From NCBI GenBank assembly GCA_963709405.1, contig CAVPXM010000035.1, forward strand, positions 1 through 11,219: a DNA stretch of 11,219 nt, read 5' to 3'. Position 1 is the first letter of the stretch, and every line of letters begins with the position of its first letter. A program made the translations under genes and the position numbers. The DNA is from an uncultured Nitrososphaerales archaeon. Lineage in GTDB: Archaea > Thermoproteota > Nitrososphaeria > Nitrososphaerales > Nitrososphaeraceae. The notes under the pieces were generated by a model. It did not search any database. It saw only the letters and a program-made list of their open reading frames with translations, and had not been told where the DNA came from. This document shows positions 8,739 to 11,219 of this stretch, in pieces.

Positions 8739-9088
8739 CATATTGCAATTACCTTGCCGTTCTAGAAATGGCGCGCCTGGCACACCTGGATTTCCTTTAT
8801 TCATAAACATACACACTTGCTGTCCTCAGACAAACGGTCCGATCAGGTAGATTCTCCTCAGTAATTCTAACATCCTATGTCTTTATAATGTGGCATCTCG
8901 CATATCGGGTTGTATTGCCATTTCTGGTATAATTACGTCTGAAGTGGTTATGTAGTCAAACGTTGTCCGATGTGTTGAACTTATTACGTATTAACGGACT
9001 TAGCATAGTGATTCGTATAGACTAGATGATACTATCTATAGATATCGTCAAGGAGTTGACAGATATATGTCATACAATCGGAAAGCAT

Positions 9089-9221
9089 TCATCAAAACCC
9101 GAGATACCCGAGATAGTTTTGAATTCTATTATAACTTCTCGTTATCTATGGTTAACACATATAATAATATCTAAATTCTTCCTTAGGTTAGAAGATAACC
9201 CGGGTATGTCGGGTGTGATGA
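9089..9221. repeat. Imperfect inverted repeat (~130 bp span) with an internal 9-bp tandem duplication
   Basis: ACCCGAGATACCCG (9097-9110) pairs 13/14 with CGGGTATGTCGGGT (9201-9214) and is extended outward by TCATCA/TGATGA. ACCCGAGAT occurs twice in tandem at 9097-9114. Confidence 0.7.
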
Positions 9222-9237
9222 CTTTTTTTATCCAATT

Positions 9238-9459
9238 CTATAAAGGCCTTTGCTGGTCGAAAGTATAGATATTGCTTACGGGAGTCTGGGCAGGATATGT
9301 TTCGTTAATATATGTAGCCCCTGGCGCCAATGGGAAGCGTGTTTGTAGGACAAGGATGGGTTGTGGAACCCTAGATAATGGATTTCCAATTTGTGCAAAG
9401 GCGGTTTGTGTCGCAACTAGCATCACTAAAACCACAACTGCGCCAAGTAGCATTTTCAT
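9238..9459 (-). CDS. Small putative secreted protein (73 aa)
   Basis: MKMLLGAVVVLVMLVATQTAFA|Q is a typical Sec signal peptide with an AxA site. The Pro/Thr-rich mature part has an N-x-T sequon (NET). Confidence 0.6.
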   Translation of the reverse strand: MKMLLGAVVVLVMLVATQTAFAQIGNPLSRVPQPILVLQTRFPLAPGATYINETYPAQTPVSNIYTFDQQRPL

Positions 9460-9900
9460 AGTCTCGTTACCCAACTCGCAGAACAAGAGACTGCACCAGC
9501 TTTCGCCAAGTCCGACTCGGACCCCTTCCGAGCCTGTCAGTAGAATCCTCTACCTAGGAGTCTTGGTGCTTCTAGTGAATTACATGTTAGATAGATTGCG
9601 AGTGAAGGGAAGAAGATGTATCCAGACGTATGTGGATCAATGGATTGGCAATGTACACACAAATACGCAAAAAATTTATGCAACAAGTCTAAATGAGCTC
9701 TAAAGTTAAAGAGATAATTAACCCCGAACATGTACAGAAATTAACCGGCGGATTCTACTTAGACTTGTTCGAGGGTTCTTTACTGTTCAAGTGGAGCTTT
9801 ATAAATTATATTATCATGGATGATAGTTTAGCAGTCGGTTAGTGACCGTTATGTAGAACTCACGCAACAAACGCATCGAATATTTGTACCATCTGGTTCA

Positions 9901-9932
9901 GGCCAATTACCTATACGTAATTGGTCTATGGG
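9901..9932. repeat. 32-bp dispersed palindromic repeat, copy 2
   Basis: GGCCAATTACCTATACGTAATTGGTCTATGGG; GGCCAATTAC pairs with GTAATTGGTC around a 6-nt loop. Confidence 0.85.
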
Positions 9933-10171
9933 TCCTTAAAACCAAGAATGATAGAGCCGGAATAGAGAAAGGTATTATCCACCAACAATCGCTAGGGGTG
10001 ATGTGCGTTCAACTTGACCCAAAATTGAGTACTTTGACGAAAGTCATTAAACAAGTTCTCGTAGGCGATCCTTGCATATTCGACATAATGAGACATCTAC
10101 AGTTAGAATCTTCTTTTAAAAAGGATAAATATATTTTTATTATAAAATATGATATCAGTTAATTGGAATCG

Positions 10172-10291
10172 ATGATCATGATGGACACGAATATCGCGGC
10201 ATTATCATTTTCGATAATGTCATTACTTATTTTGACACCAACAATAGGTGCAATCAAACTAACATCTTATGAGGTGAATAGAAACAATTGA
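10172..10291 (+). CDS. Short hydrophobic ORF (39 aa), signal-peptide-like
   Basis: MIMMDTNIAALSFSIMSLLILTPTIGAIKLTSYEVNRNN*, preceded by an AT-rich TATA-like stretch at ~10134-10148. Confidence 0.3.
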   Translation: MIMMDTNIAALSFSIMSLLILTPTIGAIKLTSYEVNRNN

Positions 10292-10325
10292 AAAAATTAG
10301 TAATAACTAGCTTATACGATCTAGA

Positions 10326-10333
10326 GGAGGTGA
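10326..10333 (+). promoter_or_regulatory. Shine-Dalgarno sequence GGAGGTGA
   Basis: Strong SD motif ending 7 nt before ATG 10341. A second GAGGTGA at 10271-10277 precedes TTG 10288. Confidence 0.7.
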
Positions 10334-10340
10334 AAGCATA

Positions 10341-10692
10341 ATGATTAAACAAACATTAGTAGCAGTCACGGCAATCGCATTAACGGCCTTAACCTTATAG
10401 ACAAACAGCGAGCGCGGTAAGCGTGTTCATACATAACCATAACGTACCCGCAGAAGGCGCGCAAATAACATACACAGTGAAAGACGAATCAATACGATAC
10501 ATGTATACATTCCATAGATTAGTGACACCGGGAAGCGGAGAGATAGAACTGGCATTACCTGTTATATTTCAAGAGGGTGATACGGTGACTGTATCCATGA
10601 GTATGACAAGTCCATATGAAATGGTGCAGGGAACCGATCGTGCAGTGATGGGAATGGAAGGCGTAGATGCGTGGTTCGATTTAACACAATGA
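10341..10692 (+). CDS. Putative secreted beta-rich (Ig-like?) protein, frameshifted within the signal peptide
   Basis: SD + MIKQTLVAVTAIALTALTL, a frameshift near 10398, then QTASA|VSVFIHNHNVPAEGAQITYTV...GDTVTVSMS, which is in frame with ORF 10423..10692. Confidence 0.6.
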
Positions 10693-10865
10693 TCTCAACA
10701 GACCTTAAACAACTAACTGACAAGGACTGTGATACGATGCGTAGTGCATTGATATACACCAGCTTACTCACGTGGATACCTCGATGTATGGAATGCATGG
10801 TTGCAGGACAGACGCTTTCAGTACGTTACTCTCTTTCATCAACAACTCCTGAAAAGCAGCTTTTT

Positions 10866-11150
10866 TCATAGCCTTGTCCGCCCCTTTTTTAAAAGCTCAT
10901 TTGCCAGTGCTAGGTCAGTCACCATTTCCTTGAGTCTCTTATTTTCCTGTTCCAGCTGCTTTTCTCTATCCGATGCATCTGTACCAGATAAACCTCTTGT
11001 ACCTGCTTGAACGAAACTTGCTTTCCAGCGGTAGACCAGGGTTGGTCGAACGTTGTACCTCCTGCATATTTCGGCTGTCGGTGTACTTGTGGTCAATATT
11101 TCCAGCACTATGTTGGCCTTCTCTTCTCCACTCCATCTTCTACCTGGCAT
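10866..11150 (-). CDS. IS3-family transposase OrfA (HTH_Tnp_1 + leucine zipper)
   Basis: RRWSGEEKANIVLE...AEICRRYNVRPTLVYRWK...QLEQENKRLKEMVTDLALANELLKK. Confidence 0.92.
   Translation of the reverse strand: MPGRRWSGEEKANIVLEILTTSTPTAEICRRYNVRPTLVYRWKASFVQAGTRGLSGTDASDREKQLEQENKRLKEMVTDLALANELLKKGRTRL
10884..10890 (-). promoter_or_regulatory. -1 programmed ribosomal frameshift motif A AAA AAG
   Basis: Correctly phased at the end of orfA (TTA AAA AAG). The -1 frame is open into orfB, whose ATG overlaps the orfA stop (ATGA). Confidence 0.8.
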
Positions 11151-11219
11151 ATTCTGTACCCTCCAAAGTGTATCTTAAAACTGGCCTAAGGTTGCCCAGC
11201 TGTATATGGGTACAGATCA

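Larger units (their letters stand above)
10803..11219 (-). mobile_element. IS3-family element, left end with orfA and the first codons of orfB, truncated
   Basis: The minus strand begins TGATCTGTACCC at the last base of the window (IS3-type TG terminus). It is followed by orfA, an A6G slippery site and orfB MKKAAFQELLMKESNVLKASVL, with no integrase domain. The 3' boundary is approximate. Confidence 0.85.

Noticed and set aside
8707-9932. CRISPR array or integron attC interpretation of the repeats
   Set aside because: Only two copies 1.2 kb apart, no cas or integrase genes, and the hairpins lack proper RYYYAAC/GTTRRRY boxes.
9026-10162. ORFs 9026..9268, 9272..9703, 9537..9731 and 9884..10162
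   Set aside because: Mutually overlapping or antisense to the better-supported secreted ORF, with no motifs or SD. A shared RVKGRR peptide (~9600 + and ~8400 -) is within chance for six-frame comparisons.
10562-11189. ORFs 10562..10798 (-), 10801..11010 (+) and 11007..11189 (+)
   Set aside because: Antisense shadows of the secreted-protein gene or of IS3 orfA.
370-11219. Whole window as a restriction-ligation (CATG) concatemer
   Set aside because: Only the first junction sits on CATG. The crotonase/M28, IS5/IS630 and IS481 junctions have other explanations, and many CATG sites lie inside uninterrupted genes.

Overview
This window joins two very different sequences. Bases 1-~370 are very GC-rich (47/60 G+C in the first line) and encode part of a GT4/GT-B glycosyltransferase, probably bacterial. 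The remaining ~10.8 kb is AT-rich (18/60 G+C at 841-900), and its proteins resemble those of soil ammonia-oxidising archaea (Nitrososphaeraceae; inferred from recalled protein families). The archaeal part is mostly decayed accessory DNA. It holds fragments of a PPOX-family protein, a 3-hydroxypropionyl-CoA dehydratase/crotonase, an M28 peptidase, an MTase-Mrr fusion tail and an alpha/beta-hydrolase. It also holds four IS families: a truncated IS5/IS903-group element interrupted by IS630, a full-length IS481 with 54-bp TIRs and a 6-bp TSD, and an IS3 left end that coincides with the window end. Apparently intact genes are an Lrp/AsnC regulator, two small unusual zinc-finger proteins and a small secreted protein; ltrA is full length but has three frameshifts. 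The 8.2-10.8 kb stretch has no recognisable homologues and contains a duplicated 32-bp palindromic motif, a ~130-bp inverted repeat and a chain of overlapping small ORFs. I cannot support a complete novel system here. The best leads are the zinc-finger pair and the 8.2-10.8 kb island.
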